A stretch of 64,000 nucleotides of DNA, taken from assembly GCA_041601615.1 (NCBI GenBank), contig JBFIHX010000007.1, positions 11,853 through 75,852 on the forward strand, in the 5' to 3' direction. Under the pieces are notes generated by a model. It was given only the letters and a program-made list of their open reading frames with translations. It did no database searches and was not told the DNA's origin. The translations under genes were made by a program, and so were the position numbers. The DNA is from Thermoplasmatota archaeon (GTDB lineage: Archaea; Thermoplasmatota; E2; JACPAO01; JAHFTW01). Below are positions 29,986 through 39,207 of the stretch, one piece after another (the first letter of the stretch is position 1; every line of letters starts with the position of its first letter).

Positions 29986-29989
29986 TCCC

Positions 29990-30178
29990 ATGACGACTAC
30001 CCTAGAGTCGGTCCCCAAGCTCGTCAAGGCACTGCCCGACGACGCCAAGGCCCTCTGGGTCGAGGAATACAACCGCGATTTCGCCTGGCGCTGCAGCGAA
30101 TCCCACGCCGAAAAGGCCGCCTGGCTTGCCGTGCGCCAATCCTACAAACAGGACGGCGACGCATGGTCGCGCCGGTAG
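29990..30178 (+). CDS. ChaB family protein
   Basis: LP..A..LW...YN...E..A...AW.AV...Y.....W pattern. Confidence 0.75.
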   Translation: MTTTLESVPKLVKALPDDAKALWVEEYNRDFAWRCSESHAEKAAWLAVRQSYKQDGDAWSRR

Positions 30179-30726
30179 CCGACGCCTCCACCAACCCAGA
30201 CCTGCGGCCCACGCGAGCCTACGCACTGCCCATGGCTTTGCGTCATCGCTTTGCCGAGCCTTGGGGCCCGGTCCTCTCCACGAAGGAACTTGCTGAAGCA
30301 CTTGGACCAGGCGACGTGCTGGTGGCCGTGGGCGATGTGGTAAGCCTTACGCTGAAGGACCTTGGGCACACGCCTCGACTTATCGTGGTGGATTACAAGA
30401 CCCAGCGCGGCGACGAAGACCCCGCGTTGCTTGCCGCGCTAGGATCGTGGGGAACCCGAGAAATCCGTGTCATCAACCCGGCAGCACAACTCACCCGAGA
30501 CGCCTGGACCGCCGTGCGCCGCGCCATGCTGCTTGAAACCGGCGGCCCCGTGCGCATCGTCGTGGAAGGTGAAGAGGACATGGTGGGCCTTGCGTGCTTC
30601 TTGGAGGCGCCACTCGGAGCGAAGGTGATGTACGGAGTCCCCGGGTGCGGCGTTTGCCTCGTGGAGGTCTCCGAAGGCGTTCGCCAGCGATTGCGTGCAT
30701 TGGTTGCCGACCTCGATTCCATTTGA
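30163..30726 (+). CDS. GTP-dependent dephospho-CoA kinase (DUF359)
   Basis: VGDVVS, VDYKTQR, NPA, VEGEED, YGVPG; conserved synteny. Confidence 0.9.
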   Translation: MVAPVADASTNPDLRPTRAYALPMALRHRFAEPWGPVLSTKELAEALGPGDVLVAVGDVVSLTLKDLGHTPRLIVVDYKTQRGDEDPALLAALGSWGTREIRVINPAAQLTRDAWTAVRRAMLLETGGPVRIVVEGEEDMVGLACFLEAPLGAKVMYGVPGCGVCLVEVSEGVRQRLRALVADLDSI

Positions 30727-30886
30727 GGCATGTGTTTTTCATCCCCGTGATTTCATAATTCTAATATCTTGCGAAGAGGCCTCATTTCTACTGGTTCGCT
30801 CATTCAAATGCCAAATGAGAAGGATACGTTCCAACGAGATAACCAGCCGCACGGGCTTTGTAGTAGCCTCGACTCCGGAGCAATCG

Positions 30887-31924
30887 ATGAAGCGTTCATG
30901 GTTCCTCCTAGGAGCACTCTTGCTCCTAGCAACCGCCTCCGCGCAGACGCCCGCCGCCTACCCCGTGGTTGAATCGACGCTCTACCTCAGCCAAGCCACG
31001 GCCGACGTTCCCGGCTTCGGCACCGTGCTTTTGATGGGCCCCGACGCGCCACAAGGAGCCGCTCCCGCCGGAGGCGCCACGCCCTACGCGCCCCTTCTGG
31101 ACGTACTCGGCGTCGAAGACGGAACGCTTCTCTGGATGTACCCAGACACCCCCACTGTCGACCTCGAAATGGTCGGCGATGTGGAATTCACACTCGAATA
31201 CAGCCTCACCGTCGAAGCCGCCGCGGACCGCGTCGTGCGCCTCCTGGCAGCCGGCCCCAACGGCGAATTGGTGCAACTTGGCGAAGCTCGCCGCCAAACC
31301 TCCGCCCCCGACCTGCTTCCCTCCACAGAAACCTTCCACATCCCCACCCACGGCCAAATCATCCCCGCCGGCCACCGCATCGCTCTGGAGATCTCCATTG
31401 AAGGCACCTCCATGCTTGGCATCATCACCTTCGGCAACACCGGCAGCACCAGCGCCATCGACCGCATCTCCCTCCGCGTCCTCGACTCGGACCACGACGG
31501 CGTCGGCGACACCCTCGAACGCATCCTGGGCACCGACCCCTTCCACGCCACCCCAACCCCAACCTGGACCGACACCGACGGCGACGGACTGCCCAACACC
31601 GTCGAAATCGGCATCGGAACCGACCCCGCCAACCCTGACACGGACGGCGACGGATTTGGCGACGGCACAGAGGTAGCCGCCGGCTCCAACCCCAACGACC
31701 CCAACAGCACACCCTGGGACCGCGACAACGACGGCGCCCCCGATCTACTTCCTGACGCCCTAGACAACGGCACGCCGAGCAGCTCCCCCGGAGGCCCCTC
31801 GCTCACTGGAGACCTAGGCTCGAACACGCCGGACCTCACCGGCACCGGACCCATGCTCGGAGGCGCACTCGCCGCCACCAGCCTCGGGTTCGCCGCACAC
31901 GCACTCGGGAGGACCCGACCATGA
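30887..31924 (+). CDS. secreted/anchored protein with thrombospondin type-3-like Ca-binding repeats
   Basis: Signal peptide; DSDHDG, DTDGDG x2, DRDNDG; C-terminal hydrophobic anchor. Confidence 0.75.
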   Translation: MKRSWFLLGALLLLATASAQTPAAYPVVESTLYLSQATADVPGFGTVLLMGPDAPQGAAPAGGATPYAPLLDVLGVEDGTLLWMYPDTPTVDLEMVGDVEFTLEYSLTVEAAADRVVRLLAAGPNGELVQLGEARRQTSAPDLLPSTETFHIPTHGQIIPAGHRIALEISIEGTSMLGIITFGNTGSTSAIDRISLRVLDSDHDGVGDTLERILGTDPFHATPTPTWTDTDGDGLPNTVEIGIGTDPANPDTDGDGFGDGTEVAAGSNPNDPNSTPWDRDNDGAPDLLPDALDNGTPSSSPGGPSLTGDLGSNTPDLTGTGPMLGGALAATSLGFAAHALGRTRP

Positions 31925-32601
31925 ACAAATACACCCTGTACCACCGCATCGCCGCAGCCATCAGCCTCGCCCTGTTCGCCCTCATGATCTGGGACCACTT
32001 CGGCAACGACGGCAACTGGCTCGTCCCGCTCGTCATCCTGTTTGCGCTGCACATCCTGATCCAATTCCTGGTCATCATCAGCATGCGCGTCACGAACACC
32101 GAGTACATCCCTGCCCCCGTGCCAACCCCCGCGCCCGAGCCGGCCCCCGAGGCTGAGGAAGACGACGGCCCCTTCCGCTACGGCGACTACACCCTCTACG
32201 CCACGAAGACCCAAGACAAAGGCGGCAACTCCCGCTTGTTCTACTTCTTCAGCAAGCGCATCCCCCGCAAGGGCGCCCCCGTGGCCAAACCCGCCGGACA
32301 CCACGTCGGCGTCAACAAAATCACCGGCCTGCCCTTCCTGAAGCGCGGCGCCGGAGCCGATGGCGAGGTGCTCAAGGACGTAACTCCGCACGTCGCCAAG
32401 CAGTGCCAAGCCCTCACCGCCGCCGGTGGCCAATGCCGCAATTCCGGCCGCGTCGACAGCAAATACTGCGCCAGCCACAAAGGCTACCGCCCGCCTGCCG
32501 CCGACTCCGTCACCATGGAAAGCGACACCACGCCACGCAACCGCAAAGCCGTCGACACCGTGCCCAGCACCCGCAAGAGTACGTCCAACCCGCCCTCCTA
32601 A
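31921..32601 (+). CDS. membrane protein with shared ~55-aa domain and Cys/His finger
   Basis: 2 TM; YTLY...FYFFSK...VNKITGLPFLKR; CQALT..G.QC...YC..H. Confidence 0.75.
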   Translation: MNKYTLYHRIAAAISLALFALMIWDHFGNDGNWLVPLVILFALHILIQFLVIISMRVTNTEYIPAPVPTPAPEPAPEAEEDDGPFRYGDYTLYATKTQDKGGNSRLFYFFSKRIPRKGAPVAKPAGHHVGVNKITGLPFLKRGAGADGEVLKDVTPHVAKQCQALTAAGGQCRNSGRVDSKYCASHKGYRPPAADSVTMESDTTPRNRKAVDTVPSTRKSTSNPPS

Positions 32602-32694
32602 ACAGGCACGAAACGTTGAATAACGAGCACGGCTGGGCGACCCTGTCCTACCTGGGACGCCCGGCCCCTCGGGGCCTGGTCGAGGTGAACCATC

Positions 32695-33003
32695 ATGAAC
32701 ATCGAAATCACGAAGAAATTCGACAACGCACTCTTTGGCCGCAAGGACATCGAGTTCGTCCTGCGCCACGACGGCGAACCGACGCCCAACCGCGTCCACA
32801 TCCGCCAACTCGTCGCCAGCGAAATCGGCAGCAAGACCGAGCACGTCGTCATCGCCCGCATGCGCAGCGAGACCGGCATCTCCGCCACCCGTGGCATCGC
32901 CCGCGCCTACGAGAACGCCGACCTCGCCCGTGCCCAAGAGCGCGTCCACTTCCTGAAGCGCAACAACCTCTTCAAGGACCCCAAGAAGGAGGCTGAAGCA
33001 TGA
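32695..33003 (+). CDS. rps24e: 30S ribosomal protein S24e
   Basis: NALFGRK..F...H..EPTP.R, G.ARAY, RN; GAGGTGA Shine-Dalgarno. Confidence 0.93.
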   Translation: MNIEITKKFDNALFGRKDIEFVLRHDGEPTPNRVHIRQLVASEIGSKTEHVVIARMRSETGISATRGIARAYENADLARAQERVHFLKRNNLFKDPKKEAEA

Positions 33004-33146
33004 GCTCCTTCTACCAAATCGACGGCGACAAGCTCGTCCGCCTTCGCCGCGCCTGCCCCAAGTGCGGCCCCGGAACGTTCCTCGGCAAGCACAAGGACCG
33101 CGAAGCCTGCGGCAAGTGCGGCTTCACCGAGTTCAACACCGCCTAA
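33000..33146 (+). CDS. rps27ae: 30S ribosomal protein S27ae
   Basis: Not in the ORF track (48 aa): [40 protein letters not shown]. Confidence 0.95.
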   Translation: MSSFYQIDGDKLVRLRRACPKCGPGTFLGKHKDREACGKCGFTEFNTA

Positions 33147-33294
33147 GCGGTCCAATTCGGGCGCTGCCCGCCTCCTCCATCCTTCTTCTTCCTTTTCCTT
33201 TTGAAGCCAAGGCCTCGTTTGGATGCCCTTGGCGCTTTGACAAAAACCCTGGTTTTTCAGGGCCATAAAGCCGACGATTCCTGGAGACTATGGT

Positions 33295-33397
33295 TTCGCC
33301 CCGGGTCGTCGGCCGTAGGCCGGCGGCCCCTCCGGGGTACTCCGAGGGCGCGAAGGGCCCTAGGGGCGTAATCCGAGGGCGCGAAGGGCCCTAGGGG
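33295..33397 (+). repeat. dispersed hairpin element, copy with two tandem stem-loops
   Basis: ttcgcccc-gggtcgtcggcc-NNN-ggccggcggccc, then 2x ccgagggcgcgaagggccctagg. Confidence 0.88.
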
Positions 33398-33545
33398 AGG
33401 CAAACTCGTCCGCCTACGCCGCGCCTGCCCCAAGTGCGGCCCCGGCACGTTCCTCGGCAAGCACAAGGACCGCGAAGCCTGCGGCAAGTGCGGCTTCACC
33501 GAGTTCAACACCGCCTAAGCGGTCCCATTCGGGCGCTGCCCGCCT
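33396..33545 (+). pseudogene. duplicate of the rps27ae 3' part (41 codons) plus 3' flank, no start codon
   Basis: Matches 33024-33146 with 5 substitutions; 3' flank also duplicated. Confidence 0.92.
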
Positions 33546-33633
33546 TTCCTTCCTTATTCTCTCCTCTTTTGCCGTACTTTTTGTCGCCCCGGTCTAGGAA
33601 ATCCTTGAAACGGAGCCCCCGCGTCGCGCGCGC

Positions 33634-35070
33634 ATGCTCGGACGCACCACCACACTCCTAGCCCTCGCACTCACCGCCACCACCCTGGCCGGATGCGTCG
33701 GCGACAGCACCGACAACCTCGACGCCAACCTCGGCCCCGCCCTGCTGGACGCCGGCCTCAACTTCGCCCACGACGGCTACCCCGGCTTCGGCGTCTCCGC
33801 CGCACTCTGGGAAAGCCCCGATGGACGACTGCAAACCCTGCACGACGACGGCACCATCCAATGGTTCAAGCCCGCCTACAAGGGCCTCCCCGACGTCCTC
33901 ACCCGCGTCGAACCCGTCGCCCACGTAGACAACACCACCACCGGCGGCGGCATCACCGTCTTTGGCCCCCTCGCCTTCATCGGCGGCCGCAGCCAAGGCC
34001 CCCTCAGCGTGGTCAGCATCATCGACCCAACCAACCCCGTGGTCATTGGCACCGCCGAGGATGTCCCCGTGCGCGACGCCGACACCATCCTCTACCCCGG
34101 CGGTCAACTCGTTCTCATCACCACCGCCGGCGGCAAGAACATCTTCTCCACCAACGTCACCGACCCCTGGAACCCCACCCTCGTCGGCAACTACGAAACC
34201 CCCGGCGGCAACCACAACATCGCAGTCGTCCCCGGCACCCCCATTGTCTACAACACCGCCATGGACATCGTCGACTTCAGCGACCCCGCCTCCCCCGTCC
34301 TCGTGGGAACCTTCGAAGGCGGCGACGGCTGCCACGACATCGCATTCAGCATCGACCGCAGCGCCGACCGATTCTGGGCCCTCTGTGCCGGCTACGCGCA
34401 AACCGAGATCTGGGACATCCACGACCCTCTGGCCCCAAGCCTTCTGGTGGCCATCGACTACCCCAGTGTCGACAAGGGCCTCCCCATCGTCGGCGGCGCC
34501 CTCGATGACGCCGGCGTACCCCAAGATGTCGCCAGTGCCGCGCCCTGTGTTCCCGTCGCAGGCGTCTGCCCCAGCGCCGCGTTCCCCCTGAGCTTCAGCC
34601 ACCTCGCCATCGTCAACCACGACGCCACCGTCCTCATCATGGGCGACGAAACCGGCGGCGGCGGCATGAACGGCTGCGACTTCTACTACGAAGGTGCCGA
34701 CGGCCAAACCTACAGCGGCCCCATCGGCAACTTGTGGTTCTACGACATCACCGACCCCCAGAACCCCGACCTACGCGGCCACGTCAGCCCCGGCTACCGT
34801 GACGCCGACGACACCGACCCCATCAACGGCAGCCCCCTTGGCCAATCCTGCACTGCGCACTTTGGCCACACCATCGAGGACACTCCGTTCCTCGTCATGG
34901 GCTACTACACCGCTGGCGTCGTGCTCGTGGACTTCAGCGACCTCGACAACCCCCGCATCATGGACCGCTGGGACGAACAAACCGACATCTGGGATGTGCA
35001 ATACTACCAGGGCTACCTGTTCACCGGCGACATCGTCCGAGGAATGGACGTTCTGAGCTTGTCCGGGTAA
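33634..35070 (+). CDS. LVIVD-repeat-like beta-propeller lipoprotein
   Basis: LAGC lipobox; repeated D(I/V)(S/T)DP.NP motifs; CHDI, FSH, CTAHF. Confidence 0.8.
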   Translation: MLGRTTTLLALALTATTLAGCVGDSTDNLDANLGPALLDAGLNFAHDGYPGFGVSAALWESPDGRLQTLHDDGTIQWFKPAYKGLPDVLTRVEPVAHVDNTTTGGGITVFGPLAFIGGRSQGPLSVVSIIDPTNPVVIGTAEDVPVRDADTILYPGGQLVLITTAGGKNIFSTNVTDPWNPTLVGNYETPGGNHNIAVVPGTPIVYNTAMDIVDFSDPASPVLVGTFEGGDGCHDIAFSIDRSADRFWALCAGYAQTEIWDIHDPLAPSLLVAIDYPSVDKGLPIVGGALDDAGVPQDVASAAPCVPVAGVCPSAAFPLSFSHLAIVNHDATVLIMGDETGGGGMNGCDFYYEGADGQTYSGPIGNLWFYDITDPQNPDLRGHVSPGYRDADDTDPINGSPLGQSCTAHFGHTIEDTPFLVMGYYTAGVVLVDFSDLDNPRIMDRWDEQTDIWDVQYYQGYLFTGDIVRGMDVLSLSG

Positions 35071-35071
35071 G

Positions 35072-35172
35072 TTCGCCCCGGGTCGTCGGCCAGAGGCCGG
35101 CGGCCCTCGGGGGTAATCCGAGGGGGCAGAGCCCCCTAGGGGCGTAATACCGAGGGCGCGAAGGGGCCTAGG
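35072..35172 (+). repeat. dispersed hairpin element
   Basis: Same layout as 33295-33397 with variant loops and a stem-preserving variant ccgagggggc-aga-gccccctagg. Confidence 0.88.
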
Positions 35173-35253
35173 CGTGGTTTCACCCACCCTCCTCGGCCGT
35201 CCGTCGGCTTTTATAACCGACCTTCGTGCTTTGGACTCGAGGCCCCACGCCCC

Positions 35254-36306
35254 TTGTCCGTCGACCCGTTGTGGTATCAAACTGCTGGCCTGATCGCGCT
35301 GATTGGAGCTTCTGCGTTCTTTTCCATGTCGGAGACCGCTTTGATTTCGGCGGATCGCTTTGAGCTGCACGACCGCGTGGCCAAGGGAAGCCGTCGAGCC
35401 AAGCGCTTGGAGGCGATGCTGGATGAGCCGGAACGGCTCTTGACGACGATTTTGCTGGGCAACAACCTCGTGAATATCGCGGCCACGGCGCTTGCCACGA
35501 GCATGGCGTTGGGCTTGTTTGGCTCCTACGCGGTGGCTATCAGCACGGGCGTCATGACGTTCGTGGTGCTGGTGTTTGCGGAGATTACGCCCAAGAGCAT
35601 CGCGGTGCGCCAAAGCCTGGATCTTGCACTGCGAGTTTCGGCGCCGCTGCGCATTTTTGAAAGTGTGTTGTGGCCGTTCGTGCGCATGTTCACGGCGATT
35701 GCCAAGGTCCTGTTGCTGCTGATCGGCATCAAGACCGACGAGCGTACCCCGTTCGTGACGCAGGCGCAGATCGAGGGCTTGGTGCGCATGGGGGCCAAGG
35801 AAGGCGAGGTCGAGCAATTCGAGCAGCAGGTCATCAGTGAGGTGTTCGAGTTTACGGACACGGACATCCACGAGATCATGACGCCCGTGGAAATCGTGCA
35901 GTACGTGCACAAGAGTGCGGCGATGCGCGAGGCGCTGGAATTGTCGGCGCGCACCGGACACAGTCGTTTGCCTGTGGTGGATGGCGATTTCAATCAAGTG
36001 CTCGGTTTCGTCCATGTCAAGGATTTGCTGAAGTTCACGGACGAGGAATTGAGCCTGGAGCCGGTGACGGACATCCTGCGTTCGGTGTTGTTTGTTCGCC
36101 ACGACGCCCACAGCGACAAGGTCCTGGTGCGCATGCAGCGCGAGCACAAGTTGATGGCCATCATCCAGGATGAAGAGGGCCGGAACATCGGCATTGCCAC
36201 CGCCGAGGATTTGCTGGAGGAATTGGTGGGCGAGATTACGGACGAATTCGATACGGCGATTCGGCCGCGTGGGTCGCGCTACGATGTGCGTAAGGATTCG
36301 AGCTAG
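35254..36306 (+). CDS. CNNM/CorB-like (DUF21 + CBS) membrane protein
   Basis: FFSMSETAL, TILLGNNLVNI, FAEITPK, HSRLPV, EDLLEELVGEI.DE. Confidence 0.92.
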   Translation: MSVDPLWYQTAGLIALIGASAFFSMSETALISADRFELHDRVAKGSRRAKRLEAMLDEPERLLTTILLGNNLVNIAATALATSMALGLFGSYAVAISTGVMTFVVLVFAEITPKSIAVRQSLDLALRVSAPLRIFESVLWPFVRMFTAIAKVLLLLIGIKTDERTPFVTQAQIEGLVRMGAKEGEVEQFEQQVISEVFEFTDTDIHEIMTPVEIVQYVHKSAAMREALELSARTGHSRLPVVDGDFNQVLGFVHVKDLLKFTDEELSLEPVTDILRSVLFVRHDAHSDKVLVRMQREHKLMAIIQDEEGRNIGIATAEDLLEELVGEITDEFDTAIRPRGSRYDVRKDSS

Positions 36307-38237
36307 GCGACTTCCGCTTTCGCCATCGGCGGCGCCGTGATGACGGCCGCGGCGGCCCAGCGCTGCAGGCTGGAGTAGTAGGGGTTGTCGAGGGAGTTCT
36401 GGACGAAGTCGCGGGGGCCGAGGATGATGAGCAGGTCTTGGGCTCGGGTGAGGCTGACGTTGAGGCGCCGGTGGTCTTCGTGGGGTTTGGCGGGGCGGCG
36501 GGTGGTGAGGTCGTAGACGATGACGCGGCGTTCGCTGCCTTGGAATGCGTCGACGGTGCTGGCGGTGATGCGGCCCCAGATGTCTGCGCGTTTTTCGCGT
36601 ACGGCGCGGTCTTTGAATTCCTGGGTCTGGGCCTTGAAGGGGCTGATGTAGCCGATTTGTTCGGGGGGGATGCGTTGTTCGAGGAGGCCTCGAATGATTT
36701 CGTAGGCGACGGTGAGGTTGGTTTCGTTGATGCGGCTGGTTTTGATGCGGCGGTCTGCTTCTCGCAGGCGGCTGGTGTCGACCCAGGCGACGGGTCCGAC
36801 GAGTTGCCCGAGCACTTTGGGAATGTCGGCAGCGCTGCCGCGTCGGCTTTCGACTTTGCTGTTGTAGACGGCGTCGGCGCTCCAGCTGTAGATTGCGGGG
36901 TCGCAGCGAAATTGTTCGTCGAGCATGACGCTGAGGTCGGGCCGCATCATTTGCAGGACTTCGAAGTGGCTGCGTTTGTAGTGGGCGTCGTCTTTGTAGC
37001 TCCAGGCGCGGATGATGGGGGGCAGTTGCATGGGGTCGCCAACCAGCACCATGCGTTTGCCGGCGGCGCGGGCTACGGCGATTTTGGGGAATGCGTTCAT
37101 GCCGGCTTCGTCGACGACGACGTGGTCGAAGGGGCGGATTTCTTGGTCGAGTCGTTCGGCGTTGACGAGGGCGCAGGCGAGGGCGTCGAGGGTCATGCCG
37201 ACGATGGGGGTGTCGCGGGTGATGCTCTCGAAGAGGGGGATGGCGTCTTCGTCTTCGGGGTCCATCCAGTAGCCGCCCATGGTTTTGTTCCAGGGCAGCA
37301 AGTCGGCGCTGACGTTGCGGCCTTCGCCGAGGCGCACCATTTTGCTGACGAGTTTGCGGTCGCCTTGGACGGCTTTGCGCATGGCGTTGTCGATGGCGAC
37401 GTGGGTGTGGCTGGCGATGAGCACGGATTCGCCGCGTTTGGCGGCTTCACTGATGAAGCGGGCGATGACGGTGGTTTTTCCGGTGCCGGGTGGGCCTTGG
37501 ATGAGGGTGAGGCCGCCAAGCGGGGAGCGGAGCATTTTGCGCAGGGCTTCGGCTTGGGCGGGGCGGAGGCCTTCGTCGCGGACGGGGGCGCCGGTGTCGG
37601 CGGGGAGATTGGGGAGGCGGGCGGGGTGTAGGAGTTCTGTGAGGCCGTGGTCCCATTTTCGGCACACGAGGAACGCCTTCAGCAGGTTGCGGTAGAGGGT
37701 CGCGTTGGTGGTGGGCGACAGTTTCAGTTGGGTTCCTTGGGATAGTTCTGCCCACGTTGGGTCGTCGGCTTCGATGTCCAGTACGCTGCCGGCGCGTTGC
37801 TCCACTTTGACGTTGACGGTGTCGGCGCGAGCGCCTTTGGCTTTCTTTTCGAGGCTGCCTTCGAGCCGGGCGCCTTTGGGTACGCGGCGCGGGTCGCCTT
37901 GCATCACTTGGACGCGCAAAATGGCCGCTTCCACTTCGCGGCGGGCTTCTTCGACGACGACAGTGAGGATGTCTTCGTCATCGACACCTTCCTTTTCCTC
38001 CACCATGATTTCTTCTTGGAGGCACTTCAAGTGGTCCTTGAGGGACGGTACGCGAGGATCGGTGAGGGGGCGGGAGTCGAGGGCGTGGCATTTCGTGCAC
38101 GCGGTGACGAAACTTGGCCCGAACTGGGTCCATTCGGTGGTGGCCCCGCACCGGTGGCATCCCAACGGGTCGGCGGAGGAGGGGGTGGTTCTTGGGCGTT
38201 GGGTTGGCGGCCAAGCCCAGTTGGGCAACTGGTGCAA
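36303..38237 (-). CDS. SF1 (Upf1/Dna2-like) helicase with N-terminal Cys4 motif
   Basis: IQGPPGTGKT, VDEAG, GDPMQLPP, QFR, TVDAFQGSE, RLNVSLTRA. Confidence 0.9.
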   Translation of the reverse strand: MHQLPNWAWPPTQRPRTTPSSADPLGCHRCGATTEWTQFGPSFVTACTKCHALDSRPLTDPRVPSLKDHLKCLQEEIMVEEKEGVDDEDILTVVVEEARREVEAAILRVQVMQGDPRRVPKGARLEGSLEKKAKGARADTVNVKVEQRAGSVLDIEADDPTWAELSQGTQLKLSPTTNATLYRNLLKAFLVCRKWDHGLTELLHPARLPNLPADTGAPVRDEGLRPAQAEALRKMLRSPLGGLTLIQGPPGTGKTTVIARFISEAAKRGESVLIASHTHVAIDNAMRKAVQGDRKLVSKMVRLGEGRNVSADLLPWNKTMGGYWMDPEDEDAIPLFESITRDTPIVGMTLDALACALVNAERLDQEIRPFDHVVVDEAGMNAFPKIAVARAAGKRMVLVGDPMQLPPIIRAWSYKDDAHYKRSHFEVLQMMRPDLSVMLDEQFRCDPAIYSWSADAVYNSKVESRRGSAADIPKVLGQLVGPVAWVDTSRLREADRRIKTSRINETNLTVAYEIIRGLLEQRIPPEQIGYISPFKAQTQEFKDRAVREKRADIWGRITASTVDAFQGSERRVIVYDLTTRRPAKPHEDHRRLNVSLTRAQDLLIILGPRDFVQNSLDNPYYSSLQRWAAAAVITAPPMAKAEVA

Positions 38238-38326
38238 GAATCAAAGGGGTGGTGGAGCAGCTACGCATGGCGGGGGGCGAAGGGGGCAGAGGAAGAGGGG
38301 TACTGTCTGGCGCAGGAGCGCGGTGC

Positions 38327-38668
38327 CTAGGTCTGTGCTGTGACGGGCAGAATGCAGTAGATTTGCTTGAAGCCGAACCAGAGTTGGCACTCTTCGCGGG
38401 GGGCCCAGCAGACGCCGGGCCACTCGGGGGCCGCGCTGGAGCAGGTGCCGATGTAGGGGACGAGGCAGTGTTGGTTGCCGCCTCCGAGGCCCACGTAGAC
38501 GTCGCAGTCGTCGTAGTCGTCGGGGTCGTAACAGACACCTGGTAGTTCAGGGCCCTCGTCGCCGATGCAGAAGATGGGCGATTCGTGGTGGGCGGACGCG
38601 GCAGGGGCTGCAAAGACGGTTGCGGCCAGCAAGCAGGCAAGGATGGTGGTGGGGGTGCGGGTGTTCAT
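38327..38668 (-). CDS. secreted protein with two 4-Cys modules
   Basis: Signal peptide; PELPGVC / PEWPGVC internal repeat. Confidence 0.7.
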   Translation of the reverse strand: MNTRTPTTILACLLAATVFAAPAASAHHESPIFCIGDEGPELPGVCYDPDDYDDCDVYVGLGGGNQHCLVPYIGTCSSAAPEWPGVCWAPREECQLWFGFKQIYCILPVTAQT

Positions 38669-38676
38669 GGATGCTC

Positions 38677-39045
38677 CTAGGTCAGGCAGGTGTTTCCGGG
38701 GTTCTGGTAGGTGCGGTAGTACCAGACCTGGCAGGTGTCGCGGCTTAGGTCGTAGCAGATGCCTTGGTCGATGTCGGGGCCGACGAAGAGTTGGATGCAG
38801 GTTTCGTCAGGTGCGCCGCGGTGGGTGATTGGTTTGGCGACGTAGCAGGTGTCGTTGCCGAATTTGTTGTACCAGAGGACGATGCAGTCGGCAGAGGGGT
38901 CGATGCAGTAGCCTTGGTCGATGTCTGGGCCGACGAGCACTTGGCGGCACTGGGGCCAGGGGTCTACGGCCTGGGCCGAGGGTGCTAGGGCCAGGAGGGC
39001 GGTGGCGGCCAGGATGCTTGCGAGGAGGATGGCTCTTGCCTTCAT
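38677..39045 (-). CDS. secreted protein with two GPDIDQG 4-Cys modules
   Basis: Signal peptide; tandem CxQxxVGPDIDQGxC...C...C. Confidence 0.78.
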   Translation of the reverse strand: MKARAILLASILAATALLALAPSAQAVDPWPQCRQVLVGPDIDQGYCIDPSADCIVLWYNKFGNDTCYVAKPITHRGAPDETCIQLFVGPDIDQGICYDLSRDTCQVWYYRTYQNPGNTCLT

Positions 39046-39207
39046 CGATGCGGTGGAGGCGTGTTAGCACAAGAGGTCGGCGCTGCGGTTCTCACTTATC
39101 GAAATCGTGCCGGTTTCTCGAAGGAATTGGCGGCGGCCGAAGGCGAGGCGTCGACGGTCAAAGGAAGGAAGGGTGAGGTGTGATGTGGCGTAGGCATACT
39201 TGGGGAT

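Noticed and set aside
32631-32666. Hairpin upstream of rps24e as a regulatory leader
   Set aside because: Single GC-rich stem close to a putative TATA box, probably not fully transcribed; no comparative support.
33147-33395. Intact integrated element (provirus or plasmid) between att-like duplicates
   Set aside because: Spacers are only about 60-250 nt with no coding capacity; at most a scar.
33342-33397. CRISPR array from the tandem ccgagggcgcgaagggccctagg units
   Set aside because: Only two units about 8 nt apart, with no spacers and no cas genes.
11533-33545. Diversity-generating retroelement TR/VR pairs as the explanation of the 3' duplicates
   Set aside because: Mismatches are not adenine-specific on either strand, the targets are housekeeping genes, and no reverse transcriptase is present.
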